Below, in pieces: positions 26,801-40,525 of a DNA stretch of 64,000 nucleotides (within the stretch, counting starts at the first letter, position 1; each line of letters starts with the position of its first letter). Under the pieces are notes generated by a model, which was not told the origin of the DNA, did not search any database, and saw nothing but the letters and a program-made list of their open reading frames with translations. Position numbers and translations under genes: made by a program. Source of the DNA: Octopus sinensis (lineage: Eukaryota); contig NC_043000.1 in NCBI RefSeq assembly GCF_006345805.1, positions 109,554,001-109,618,000 of the forward strand, written 5' to 3'.

Positions 26801-29800
26801 CTGAGACTATTTCAGAGAAGATTTTTGAACAAAAAGAAAGATTAGTTGCCGTCGTGACAGCGAAAAAGGCTGAAAAAATTTATGAAATATCAGAACAAAA
26901 TACGATCGAACTAGGGCAAAATGTAAATGGTAAACTTAAAGTTTATAAGAAGAATCATGCAAATGGCCTGGAAGAAATGCTGATTTCTAGCGAAGAAAAA
27001 GTGCAAGAAGCATCGAATTCTGGAGATGTATCAGAAAGGAATTGCCCAACTGAATCTCCTGGCAACAATACTCAGAAATCAACTGTTAGCCAGACTTCTA
27101 ATGGGAATGAAGAAGAAACTGAAGAAACCAATAATCCTTCAATACAGGTGTTGAATTGCCAGTTTAATACGAATCGAAATGAAAAAGTTCCAGAAACAAA
27201 GCAAGCAAAAGTTATTTCTGATTCAAAGACCAAAATTACAATCGAATCTGTATTGATTGACACTAATCGAACTCTTCCAAATGGAAACCGAAACGTGTGT
27301 GACTCGAACACCAAATCGCAAACGATGCATGATTCAGTTAATGGTACACCATCAAACATAGTTACCATCCAATCTACAAAGAACACAGATGTAAATCCGC
27401 CAAATATTACAAGTCAGTCTACTGTTGATGAAAATACAAAAGGGGAGCCGTTTGCTGTGGCTAAAGATGAGGTAAAACATAACACAAACGAAACAGCAAC
27501 AGACAGGAACTTCGAAGGAGATTCTGCTTCTCGTAACACTTTTCATATTAACATTTCGAACCCAGAAAAACAAAGCAGCGAAATTACAACAGGAAATGTC
27601 CAAAATGATTTTGTAAATATCTTAAAGACAATTACAAGAAAAACATCCACTCAGGCCGATGATTCTGTTCCGTTGGATGAAGGTGCAACAGAAAAACCGG
27701 ATCTTGTGGAGCATATTTGGGTGAATACAGTACAAAACCAAGCAGATGGCGCTGATAGCAGTAATGGAATCGCAAATATTTGCGATACAAAAAAATCAAC
27801 TATTATATCAGTTCACAGAAATGTTTCTACTTCTGGTCATGAAAACACTTCAATGAAAGAAGTCGTGGAAAAGAAGGAAATATTACAAACATCTCATAAC
27901 GAGGCGAATAGCTCTAAATTTAATTTCGATAAAGAAATTTTAGATCAAATTATTGAAACGAACACATTCCCCATGCTGTCAGAGAACAGCTTCGCCTATA
28001 GTTTCAGTTCTATTCTAAACCCTTTGGGAGCTATAGTTATAAACTCTCCGAATTCTTCATCTGGGAATAGTAGTCCGGAGTTAAATAAAAACATGGCTAC
28101 TCCAACAAAATGTGAAGAAGCAAAGGAAGTACCAGATGAACCAACAAACGAAAAGCAGTCGGACAATATGACCAGTGTAACTAAAACAAATGGACAACAA
28201 CGGCAACAACCAAATCAACAACAATCAAAAACTGTCTCTGGTGGAAAATTACCAAACATTTTTGAACGTAAAAAGAGTTTCATTCAATCTTCAAAACATA
28301 CGTCTTGCAGTCCGTTTCAGGAAAATAACCCTAAAAATAAAAAGACTGCAGTAACAGATCACATTAAGAACGAAACAAGGGATTGCTTTGCTAAACCTTA
28401 TGAACAAACTGACAGAAAACCTATAATAGTCGCAGCACCCTGTAAGAATATATCGAATGATAGGGCCACATTACTTATGAAATCTCCCAGATCTACAACA
28501 AATAACAATGAAAACTCTCAAAAACTAGGGCAGACGACCAACTTTCATAGCAAAGTATGTCAAAGTAGTGATTCTAGTCATTCAAAAAATGTTAAAAATA
28601 ATTTACAAGTTCGAAAGAATCCGAGCGATGTAGAAAACGCTACGAAACTGGATAAACCGAGAAGCAATATTCCAAACCGTAAGGCGGCAACCGACGGTGA
28701 AATGGAGAAACTCGCCATTTCAAACGCGTCGAATAACAACGCAAACATACATGCAGTATCAGATAAAAACAAGTGTAGTATCGCCTTTTCTAAGCCAGTC
28801 GATACAATTCAGACATCGATCAGCGATAAACAATTCAGTGACAAAGTTTGCCATATTAAAAATACGAAATGTAGGAATTGTGTTAAAAGTAATTCATCCT
28901 TTTTACCAAAAATCGGCTCAAGTGTATCAGAATCAGAAATGAAGAAACGAAGGAATATTTCTGATAACGATTCTAAAATGCCTGAAAATCACACACGAAA
29001 TGGTAAATCGAAATTCAAATCGAAGAATATGCCGTCAATAGCTACAGTGTCGACAAAATCAATAAACCAAAAGCATGTTGTTCCTAACTGTAAAACGAAT
29101 CCAAATGATAAAACTATGACCCCGAATCAAAACGTTGAGACACAAATCGAAATGGCCAGACACCGAAATATGTTGGTTATTGATCCGATCGATGAAGGAT
29201 TGGCAACAGAAATTGAAACATGTATTAATAGAAACACTTATTTGAAGGTTGATGACGAAACAAATTCCCTTTCATGTACAGCTATGAAAGATGCTGAAGT
29301 GTATTATCATAGTTTACCGTTGTTATACAAGAGCGATAAATTACCAAACCTCGTAGGTTCTTCATTTCAAGAACTCCCTCCCAGCTCACCATTATCACCG
29401 AAAAATAACTCCAAGAATGCTGCAGATAGCAAATCATCTTCGAAAGACTTTACTGATTCATGTGGCACAGATTCTTCGAAGGGAGCTTTATCAACTCAGT
29501 TAAACAGCCTGTCGTCAACAAATACCTTCACTCCGGCACATATGCATCCGCATGAAAGCAGTAGAGCGAAACATTTTAATGGTTCCAAACTAAACACTTT
29601 TAATCAAAATAATTGCAGGAACAACAAGTGCAACTGTATACGCAACCGATATCTAACTTCACCGAATAAAGATTTGGTCGTCAATAAGAAAAGAACCTCC
29701 GCTGGAATGTCGTCTACGAAAAAAAAGAAAATAAACGCAGTCGATTCGAGTAACCATCTGCTTTTTCGTCGGGGAAAAGAACATGTTTGCGTTAATAATA

Positions 29801-30088
29801 TGAAAACAATTCCACAAAGAAGTATAAAAAGGCAACAGACGGATTCGGAAAATGATAATTTACTGAAAGGGAAACTGCTGAAGACTTTGGTCAGGTCCAA
29901 CGATTCGGCAGGGTCTACATCGAATAATGAAGATAATATTGGCGAATACCATAGAAAATGTTTTCTGAGGAAAAAAGTGAAACTTAAAAAAACCTGTTTG
30001 ACGAAAGAAACGAAATCTGAAATGTTTATCTTAAAGCTTCATAAACAACCCAAGAATCCTTCGTCTAAATCGAATTTAAAGTCTTTTG
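20879..30088 (+). CDS. Giant coding exon (ORF 20938-30159, 3073 aa); N/S/K/T/E-rich, probably disordered, no recognisable domain
   Basis: 9.2 kb stop-free frame with no microsatellite or TE, in a repeat-saturated locus. The first AG after the pyrimidine tract (20877-78) is phase 1 and in frame. Donors G|GTAACG (after 30088) and G|GTAACC (after 30094) are also phase 1. The ORF is secure; the boundaries are inferred. Confidence 0.85.
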
Positions 30089-30584
30089 GTAACGGTAACC
30101 CAGAACTGTCATTTATAGCATGCCACCCTGCGCCTGCACCTTGCAAGATTGGATGGTAGAGCACAGTAGAGCTAAAAAGAAACAGCACCATAGTGTCTGA
30201 TAGAGCATGATACCGTAGTGTTTCGTAGAGCATGATACAGTAATAGTAGTCCCAGGCAGAGCATGGTTAAGCACAAAGCTATTTGGTAGATTCACAACAG
30301 GGCACATCGTTTGTAGTAGAGCATGATATGGTGTGTAGTAGTTAGTCTCTCTTGTAGACTGTGATGTAACATGAGTTAATGCGAATATATTCATTTAATG
30401 GCTTGAGCCAAACGATTACCGTCAATTATAATTGCACTCGTAACGAAGAAAAAAGATCGATTCGTTTAATAATTAACTTTGGTTAAAACACATCAACAGA
30501 AACATTTTCAGAAACTTGGTTTTGAGTCGTCTGAAAAGTTCGTCAGAGGTTAACACTTAATTTTAATTTTATATATACATTTAT

Positions 30585-30651
<67 letters not shown>

Positions 30652-30703
30652 GTATGTATGCATGTATGTATGTATGTATGTATGTAGTATGTATGTATGT
30701 ATG

Positions 30704-30783
30704 TTAGAAGAAATAAGGTACTCAGAAATCTGGATCTGTAAATAGAAAACCATCCAGATTTCTGAGTACCTTATTTCTTCTAA
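30704..30783. repeat. Perfect 32-bp inverted repeat with 16-nt loop
   Basis: TTAGAAGAAATAAGGTACTCAGAAATCTGGAT and its exact reverse complement, between microsatellites. Confidence 0.9.
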
Positions 30784-30948
30784 TATATAATACCTGTACA
30801 TCACCTCCAAACATTCTAATATACATATGTTTGTGTGTGTATATATATATATATATATATGTGTGTGTGGTGTGTGTGTGTGTGTGTGTGTGTTGTGTGT
30901 GTGTGTGTGTGCGTGCGCGTGTGTGTGTGTGTATATATATACATACAC

Positions 30949-31096
<148 letters not shown>

Positions 31097-31277
31097 ATAA
31101 CGGCTACAAGGAAACTATAAGATGTTGCACAAGCATTAAGCCCAGAGTGCACTGCTTGTCGCAGCACAAACAGCTGTAAGCTAAAGAGAAGTTGATTACG
31201 TGACTGTTATTCCTATGTCGTTCAATAATTTATATTACATTCTGTACCCACCTATACATATGTGTATGTGTGTGTGT

Positions 31278-31347
<70 letters not shown>

Positions 31348-31418
31348 AAATTTGATTTAATACTAAATTGAATTTTTGCCTGTAAGTTTGGAGTTATACT
31401 CCCTAATATTATTATCAA

Positions 31419-31491
<73 letters not shown>

Positions 31492-31552
31492 TAACATCGA
31501 TTCTTTTATGTTATGAAGAAAATGCCTGTTTTTATCGAACTTCTTTTAACAG

Positions 31553-31634
31553 TCAACCCGAAATATATCCAAGAGTTCAAAGAACTGGAAAAAATCCTTC
31601 GAGAAACAGCGTCGAAGATTTCCAAACCGCCACA
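31553..31634 (+). CDS. Internal exon (V-NPKYIQEFKELEKILRETASKISKPP-Q), phase 1 to 2
   Basis: Acceptor cttcttttaacag| and consensus donor |GTAAGT. 82 nt, open, with protein-like helical sequence. Confidence 0.75.
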
Positions 31635-31991
31635 GTAAGTCATAAACCGCTTTATCATTTCGTTTTCGTTTGCTTTGCTTTGCTTTGTTTTAGAGGATCG
31701 GAAATGGTTGAGCATCGAACTGAATAAATGTCTTTTGGTGCTTAGCTACGTCCCTTTCGGATTTCTTTTCAAATCCCATCGTCGTTAACTCATATCTTTT
31801 CAACACGCTGCAACTGATATAATTAAATATCTGTTAATTTTGCAGTCCTTATTGTTGTTTTAAACGCAGTTCTTCCATAAGAGATGTTATCTCCGGACGA
31901 ATACAGCAGTAAATTTGCTTTTCAACGATGTATTTACATTATGATGGCGATTTTCTCTTATACTACTGATGTGTGTGTGTGTGTGTGTTGT

Positions 31992-32027
<36 letters not shown>

Positions 32028-32031
<4 letters not shown>

Positions 32032-32440
32032 ATCCAAACAAGAAAACACAAAAAATCACAACAACGCGAGGACGTGGAACAAATATAGTATCATTGGACG
32101 CTCAGGAAAGAAGGAAAGAAGGAGGGTTTAACGTTGCGAGCGGAGCTCTTCGTCGGAAACATAGGAGAAGGAAAGATCCACAGAAAGGAAGACAGAGGGA
32201 AAAAAATCGCCAACGGTACACACGAGGTTACATTTTGAGGGAGTGTTCACGAAAAAAACAAAAGACGAAGACAGGTGGTGTACAAAACAAACAGATGTAT
32301 TAGTATAACGCTCGGGAATTGAAAAAGTCTTTAACGTTTCGAGCCTACGCTCTTCCACAGAAAGGAACACAGAAAGAAACAAGGAGAGAAAAAAATGTGT
32401 GTACTGGCTTTACACACAAATAAATAAATTAAAAAAATTT
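32028..32440 (-). mobile_element. Small element with two tandem degenerate hammerhead motifs (retrozyme/Penelope-like)
   Basis: Minus strand 32126-32160: GUUU-CCGACGA-A-GAGC(UCC)GCUC-GCAAC-GUU/AAAC. 32329-32364: CUUU-CUGUGGA-A-GAGC(GUAG)GCUC-GAAAC-GUU/AAAG. Flanked by (TA)n. Confidence 0.6.
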
Positions 32441-32475
32441 ACATATATACATATATATATATATCTATATATATA

Positions 32476-32513
<38 letters not shown>

Positions 32514-32584
32514 TCAAACATACGCATCCATATATACATATATACGTGTATGTATGTATATATATATATATATATTGTATATAT

Positions 32585-32637
<53 letters not shown>

Positions 32638-32640
<3 letters not shown>

Positions 32641-32829
32641 GGTCCCGGGTTGAGTCGGGGTTAACCACAGTAAATAAGGTACTCAATACATAGCAGAGTA
32701 AATTAATTTATTTTATAGAAGGAGCTTCTACAGGACTAGAACTGTTTCATTCAAATGAAATCTTCAGGAAGCTTCCTGAAGATTTCATTTGAATGAAACA
32801 GTTCTAGTCCTGTAGAAGCTCCTTCTATA

Positions 32830-32830
<1 letters not shown>
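32638..32830. mobile_element. Second copy of the fold-back hammerhead element; perfect 118-bp palindrome 32713-32830
   Basis: Same leader GTAGGTCCCGGGTTGA as 11986. The palindrome is centred on AAGCTT. The hammerhead fold reads on both strands (+ strand 32770-32820, 6-bp stem I). Confidence 0.8.
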
Positions 32831-32921
<91 letters not shown>

Positions 32922-32942
32922 TTATTTATATTTATTTATATA

Positions 32943-33921
<979 letters not shown>

Positions 33922-34517
33922 TTATCGACGCACGATTTCACAACATCAGGAGTCTTACAAAACGAATTGATATACATATGCGTGCGTACGTGAGTGTGTG
34001 TGTGCGTGTGTGTGTGTATGTGTGTGTGTGTGTGTGCGTGTGCGTTCGTCGTGCGTGCGTGCGTGTGTGTGTGTGTATTTTGTGTGTGTGTGTGTGTGCG
34101 TGCGTGCGTGTATGTGTTAAATAAAATGAGACAACAAAGCCAAGGCTGCATGGAATTTTCAGGACATTTATAAAGAGAAAGTTAGTCTTACAGCTGTTTC
34201 TGGGATATTAGGGATATCCCTCCGTCAGAGACGATGTGAGAAGGTTAACTGGAAGGAAATAGTAGAAGTCAAAGTAAGGAGTTATTTTGGGAAAGGATAG
34301 AGATAGGAAGTATAAAGGGAAATGAGAGAATAAAAGTAGAAATAAAAATGCATGTAGGATGTTACAGATGCAGTTCCATTATGCAAGGAAAGCGGTGTGT
34401 AGAATTGGTGGAAATGCTTCTTGTCCATGGTAGATTCCGACAGGGGTTCATATTTTGTTATTACAAATGGAAAGTGTGGAGACATAAATTCCATGTGCTG
34501 TTCATTCAAAGGGGTCT

Positions 34518-34519
<2 letters not shown>

Positions 34520-34549
<30 letters not shown>

Positions 34550-34696
34550 TGTATGTATGTATGTATGTATGTGTGTGTGTGTATGTATGCATGCATGTAT
34601 GTATGTATGTATGTATTATGTATGTATGCATGTATGTATGTATGTATGTATGTATGTGTGTGTGTATGTATGTATGTATGTATGTATGTATGTATG

Positions 34697-34729
<33 letters not shown>

Positions 34730-35285
34730 GTGTGTGTATGTATGTATGTATGTATGTATGTATGTGTGTATGTATGTATGTATGTTTGTGTGTGTGTATG
34801 TATGTATGTATGAATGTATGTATGTATGTGTGTGTATGCATGCATGCATGTATGTATGTATGTATGTATGTATGTATGTATGTGTGTGTGTGTGTATGTA
34901 TGTATGCATGCATGCATGTATGTATGTATGTGTGTGTGTATGTATGTATGTATGTGTGTGTATGTATGCATGTATGCATGTATGTATGTATGTATGCATG
35001 CATACATGCATGCATGTATGTATGTATGTATGAATGTGTGTGTGTGTATGTATGTATGTATGTATGCATGCATGCATGTATGTATGTATGTATGCATGTA
35101 TGTATGTATGTGTGTGTATGTATGTATGTATGTATGTATGTATGTATGTATGCATGTATGTATGTATGTATGTATGTATGTATGTATGTATGTATGTATG
35201 TATGTATGTGTGTGTGTGTATGTATGTATGTATGTATGTATGTATGTATGTATGTATGTATATATGTATGTATGTATGTATGTAT
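34520..35285 (+). repeat. Compound (TATG)/(TG)/(CATG)n microsatellite
   Basis: About 770 bp array. It is the source of the many MYVC/IHTY pseudo-ORFs. Confidence 0.98.
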
Positions 35286-35453
35286 TCATAACAAAATAGC
35301 AAAGATAATATGAAAAAAAAAATTAAAATCGTAAAATAGTTTTATATATCATTTAAGTAGGAAAGGGATTTCTGAATTACCCCGTGTATTAGAAATGCTA
35401 ATTTAATTCACAACCTTTTATTTTCTATTTTCATTTCCTCATCGATTCGCCAG

Positions 35454-35532
35454 AGTCCAGCACCAACCGTACGTGTTCTCTTCCTTGAAGCCCTACTATG
35501 ATACAAGCTTGGTGCGGTATATGATGAGACAA
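35454..35532 (+). CDS. Internal exon (VQHQPYVFSSLKPYYDTSLVRYMMRQ), phase 2 to 0
   Basis: Long pyrimidine tract ending cgccag|, donor |GTAAGA, 79 nt. It exactly bridges the phase-2 end at 31634 and the phase-0 start at 40634. Confidence 0.78.
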
Positions 35533-36004
35533 GTAAGACAAACTGTTCTGCTTTCATTTTACGATGTCCGTGTATTTTTCGTCTGTTGATTGTTTTTCTA
35601 ACCCAGTTCAGTCCAACCCATAGCATAGAGGTAACTAATCAAACGAGACCCTCTTCAATGAGCAATTCTTATAGAGACATCTTTGTTGTTATTAAGGGAT
35701 ATATTGCTCTAAGCCCTTAAAGTATGTGGTCTTCATTTAAGATATTGCCCTAAGCCCTTAAAGTACTTAGCCCTTAAAATATGTGGTCTTCATTTTAAAA
35801 ACCCTGTAATCCCTTAAGTCAACAATATGCAGAAAAATGTATTCATTCGTTTAAGCTTAAGTTTATATGTGGAGAGGTAACTGGGCTGGTGTAGAGGCCA
35901 CTAGCGCCATCGACTCGTCCCAACAATACGCGTCTCCTTCACCCAGCCCTGAAATATATCCCCTTCTCCCCTACAGTTTGCGAAGAACAGTAAGATTTGA
36001 TGGA

Positions 36005-36042
<38 letters not shown>

Positions 36043-36054
36043 TATATATACTAT

Positions 36055-36450
36055 TTACTGTTTTCATTTCAGTCATTTGACTGCGGCCATGCTGGAGCAC
36101 CGCATTTAGTCAAGCAAATCGACCCCGGGACTTATCCTTTGTAAGCCCAGTACTTATTCTATCGGTCTCTTTTTGCCGAACCGCTAAGTGACGGGGACGT
36201 AAACACACCAGCATCGGTTGTCAAGCAATGCTAGGGGGACAAACACAGACACACAAACACACACACACATACATATATATATATATTCATATATACGACA
36301 GGCTTCTTTCAGTTTCCGTCTACCAAATCCACTCACAAGGCATTAGTCGGCCCGGGGCTATAGCAGAAGACACTTGCCCAAGATGCCACGCAGTGGGACT
36401 GAACCCGGAACCATGTGGTTGGTTAGCAAGCTACTTACCACATAACCACT
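36055..36450 (-). mobile_element. SINE family A, near full length
   Basis: Reverse complement of the 636-1075 copy at high identity. Confidence 0.88.
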
Positions 36451-36463
36451 TATATATAATATA

Positions 36464-36859
36464 CTAGCAGTATCGCCCGGCGTTGCTCGGATTTGTAAGG
36501 GAAATAACTATATAAGCATTTTTAGAGAGTTATAGCCAAAAAATAGCAAAAAAATGCATTAAACATGGAAAAAAAATTATGGTAAATTTTTTTTTAAATC
36601 GTTGACTCATCGTAGACATTTTTAGAGAGTTACTTCCCTTATATAATAGCGAAAAATTCATTAAAATGGAAAAAATGATGGTAAATTATTTTTAAAATCG
36701 TAGACTCATCGTAGACGCGCGCTAATACCCAGAAGGGCTCGATATGAATCACGACTATAAGATACCCGGTTTTGGTTAAACTGCACCGCAAAATGTGGGA
36801 GTAGTTAGGAATCTAAATCGTAGGAGACAGACACACAACTTCACTTTTATATATAAAGA
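36464..36859 (-). mobile_element. Non-autonomous Helitron-like element, family H1 variant a
   Basis: A|TCTTTATATATAAAAG start; bulged hairpin CCGAGC-AAC-GCCGGG, then CTAG|T end. A sister copy lies at 48676-49070. Confidence 0.8.
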
Positions 36860-36997
36860 TATAATAAATGAAACCACTTTAAGTTTTTTCGAACCAATGA
36901 TCGGAATTAAGCGGGGGGGGGGGGGGCAAACACAATCACACACATAACAAACATATATGTATGCAGGCATGCACGTATATAAGTATATATATATATA

Positions 36998-37505
36998 CTA
37001 GCAGTATCGCCCGGCGTTGCTCGGTTTTGTAAGGGAAATAACTATATAAGCAATTTTAGAGAGTTACTTCCCTTATAGATGCCAATTCGGGCTTTCTTAG
37101 CCATTTCTGTTTTGGTGTCTTCAAGCCATGAAGTCGTTGTTCTAAAAGAACGCTGGTCTCCTTCACAACGCTTTACGACGTTGATTTCCTTACACTCCCT
37201 TCCCCACAGCTTCACGAGGGAGGGAAGGGGGAGAAGCAAACAGGTGCAGGTGTGACCATGGACGCCAACTCCGCCGCCATCGACACACGAAAATTATGCA
37301 TTAAAATGGAATAAAAAATGATGTTAAATTATTTTTAAAATCGTAGACTCATCGTAGACGCGCGCTAATACTCAGACGGGCTCGATATGAATCACGACTA
37401 TAAGATACCCGAATTTGGTTAAACTGCACCGCAAAATGTGGGAGTTGTTAGGAATCTAAATCGAAGGGGACAGGCACTCACACACCACAGTTTTATATAT
37501 ATAGA
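36998..37505 (-). mobile_element. Helitron-like H1 variant b
   Basis: Same termini as H1a plus an internal ~200-bp segment shared with 46680-47189. Confidence 0.8.
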
Positions 37506-37633
37506 TATAATAAATGAAACCATTTTAAGTTTTTTCGAACCAATGATCGGAATTGAGCCGGGGGGGGGGGGGCAAACACAATCACACACATAACAAACAT
37601 ATATGTATGCAGGCATGCACGTATATAAGTATA

Positions 37634-37675
<42 letters not shown>

Positions 37676-37681
37676 TATATA

Positions 37682-38145
37682 CTAGCTTATGGTTACCCGC
37701 TCTACGCGCGGGTGAAGATGCGGTTGTTACTTTCTGTTGCTTCCTTTCTGTTTCTTATCGTCGCCACATTCTCCCTCTTTGTTTCTCTCTCTTTTCTCTC
37801 TCACTTTCCCTCGATTTCTCTTAGTCTTTATCTGTCTCTCTCCCATTCATAAAAAATTAGATTTCCGCGCTTAAATTACAAATCCGCTTCCACTTTACCA
37901 CGTTGAAAATTTGATTGAAATCGGGCAAAAGGTGTCCAATTTAGACCCCCAAGTGTCCCCAAAGATCAATAAAACCTCGTTTTCACACCAAAGCAACCAC
38001 TGTAGCGCCCTTAAACGTCTCCCAATCAATTTATCACCACAAGTTACCCCCTCTTGTAAATTTCAATCCCCTTCCAGCCCCATTTAGACCCCTTTTTACA
38101 AAAAAATCCAATTTGTATCAACGTTTGCCTTCTTCATTTTATAGA
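37682..38145 (-). mobile_element. Helitron-like element, family H2
   Basis: A|TCTATAAAATGAAG start; hairpin CCCGC-GCGTAGA-GCGGG, then CTAG|T end. Confidence 0.7.
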
Positions 38146-38390
38146 TTAGACAGATATACCCGGCCTTGCTCGAGATTAAAATAGTTTATTATTGTTTACC
38201 TGATCCGGAATTATAACCCGATTTCATTCGAGTCTACGCGGGCCACATTTTAAAATTTGAGGAATTTTACCCTAGAGGCCATGCCTTTCAATTCAGCAAA
38301 ACTCAATGTTTGCCAGGCAAACTCGCTGGCACTTTTAACATAGGTGTGCATATTTTCAGCTCAATCCGACCACATATACACACATTATAA
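38146..38390 (-). mobile_element. Degenerate Helitron-like element abutting H2
   Basis: 3' end TAGACAGATATACCCGGCCTTGCTCGAG resembles the H1 terminus. The 5' end is unclear. Confidence 0.4.
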
Positions 38391-38424
38391 ATATATATAT
38401 ATATATATATATAATTATATATAA

Positions 38425-38464
<40 letters not shown>

Positions 38465-38584
38465 AACAATTAAGGAACGGCCATAATAGGCCATTCACCA
38501 ACTAGAAATAACAGCCAAAGCTTCTACCGCAAATAAAGATTAATTCCGTAAACAGGAGAAAATTAAAAAAACATTTACCCTGTA

Positions 38585-38691
38585 ATTTCTTGTACGGTAT
38601 ACCGTTTCATCCGCAAGTTTAATGGTAACTAACCTGATAAATTAAATCAAGCCAATCTTCCATAAGCGCCTCGGATTCTTCAGCAAGAAAT
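38585..38691 (-). ncRNA. Type I hammerhead ribozyme with long stem II insert
   Basis: Reverse-complement twin of 39179-39290 with all core nucleotides and stems intact. Confidence 0.8.
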
Positions 38692-39178
38692 AGCTCAGTC
38701 GGAACAGATATTTACACGAGGCATACCCATCTTGCCAAGTCAATATCTGACCTAAAATGCGATGATGAAACGGTTACCGTATACGTAAGAAGAACATTAC
38801 AGGTAAATGTTTTTTTAATTTTCTGTGTTTACGGAATTAATCTTTATTTGCGGTAGAAGAAGTTTGGCTGTTATTTCTAGTGGGTGAATGGCCTATTATG
38901 GCCGTTCCTTAATTGTTAATGTTGAACTTAAAAATGGTCTATGACTATTTAATTTTTTCCCACTGGCCGCTGGTGGCAATAAAATTCTAACAAATTTTCC
39001 TTGCCACCCTATATTGATTAATTATGAATTTTTTGGTTAATTCCGTAATGGAATCGACGGCTGATATTTATTTGCTGCGATAAATTTGGCGCGAGTGCGA
39101 CGATTTGAAATTTTAGGTCAGATATTGACTTGGCAAGATTGGGTATGCCTCGTGTAAATATCTGTTCCGACTTGAGCT

Positions 39179-39290
39179 ATTTCTTGCTGAAGAATCCGAG
39201 GGCTTATGGAAGATTGGCTTGATTTAATTTATTTAATCAGGTTAGTTTACCATTAAAACTGCGGATGAAACGGTATACCGTACAAGAAAT
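39179..39290 (+). ncRNA. Type I hammerhead ribozyme with long stem II insert
   Basis: AUUUCUUG-CUGAAGA-AUCCG(~60 nt)CGGAU-GAAAC-GG(UAUA)CC-GUA/CAAGAAAU. Stem I is 8 bp, the core is canonical, and cleavage is predicted after 39282. Confidence 0.82.
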
Positions 39291-39536
39291 TACAGGGTTA
39301 AATGTTTTTTAAATTTTCTCTGTTTACGGAATTAATCTTTATTTGCGGTAGTAAGCTTTGGCTGTTATTTCTAGTGGGTGAATGGCCTATTATGGCCGTT
39401 CCTTAATTGTTAATGTTGAACTTAAAAATGGTCTATGACTATTTAATTTTTTCCCACTGGGCCGCTGGTGGCAATAAAATTCTACAAAATGTTCCTTGCC
39501 ACCCTATTATTGATTAAATATATCTATATATGTATG

Positions 39537-39569
<33 letters not shown>

Positions 39570-40058
39570 ATATATGTATGTATGTATATATATATGTAGG
39601 TATGTATATATATAATATAGTATATATATATAATATATAATATATATATTAATATATATATATCTATATATATATATATATATGTATTATATATATGGTA
39701 GTATATATATATGATATATATATATATATATCATATTATATATAATATATGATATATATGTAGTATACATATATATATATACATACGCATTAAATATGTA
39801 TATGTATACGCATTATATATACATGTCTACAAACATATATATTATATATACACACATATATATAAATTAACACAATATATCTGATTAATAAAATCTTTTA
39901 AGATTGTGCGGTGGTGGTGGGCGATAATAATTCACCGTTCTAAAAGACTTGTGGCGGGAATATTTAAACTTTTGCGGCTGTCAACGCTTTCTCTCTATAG
40001 ATGCAGACAAACGTACAATGAGAGGGGTGGCGGGAGAAGAGCGACAGAGACACGGCGA

Positions 40059-40525
40059 GATCGATGAAATAACTTAGCGGCTCGCCAAACCTGATCAATA
40101 AAATAACTTCGAGGTTCGCCGAAGGAGATCGATAAAATAACTTAGCGGTTCGTCAAAGGTTAGCGATGAAATAACTTAGCAGTTCGCCAAAGGTTAGCGA
40201 TAAAATAACTTAGCAGTTCGCCAAAGTAGATCGATAAAATAACTTGGCGTTTCGCTAAAAGATATCGATAAAATAATTAGCGGTTCGCCAAAATAGATCG
40301 ATAAAATAACTTAGCGGTTCCCCAAAGACGATCGGTAAAATAACTTAGAAGTTCAACAACGTGATCGATAAAATAACTTAGTGGTTCGCTAAAGGAGATC
40401 GATAAAATAACTTAGCTGTTTGCCAAAGGAGATCTATAAAATAACTTAGCGGTTCGCCAAAACTATTCCATTAAATAACTTGGCGGTTTGCCAAACAAGA
40501 TCGATAAAATAACTATAGCAGTTGG
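40059..40525 (+). repeat. 34-bp minisatellite, about 13.5 units, derived from the SINE A tail
   Basis: Unit ATAACTTAGCGGTTCGCCAAAGGAGATCGATAAA matches the SINE A segment TAACTTAGCGGTTCGGCAAAAGAGACCGATAGAA. Confidence 0.9.

Larger units (their letters stand above)
38462..39520. mobile_element. Penelope-like element remnant made of inverted and direct terminal-repeat copies
   Basis: Order a1-a2-rc(a1)-B-C-rc(a2)-rc(a1)-B, flanked by (TA)n, with a complete hammerhead on each strand. Confidence 0.7.

Noticed and set aside
21696-30233. Antisense and off-frame ORFs within the giant ORF
   Set aside because: Shadows of the + strand coding frame with no independent signals.
30160-30390. Repeated AGAGCATG motif after the giant ORF
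   Set aside because: Irregular spacing with no structure or frame support; probably a decayed repeat.
40059-40525. CRISPR-like regular array
   Set aside because: Head-to-tail units with no unique spacers, no cas genes, and a eukaryotic SINE origin.
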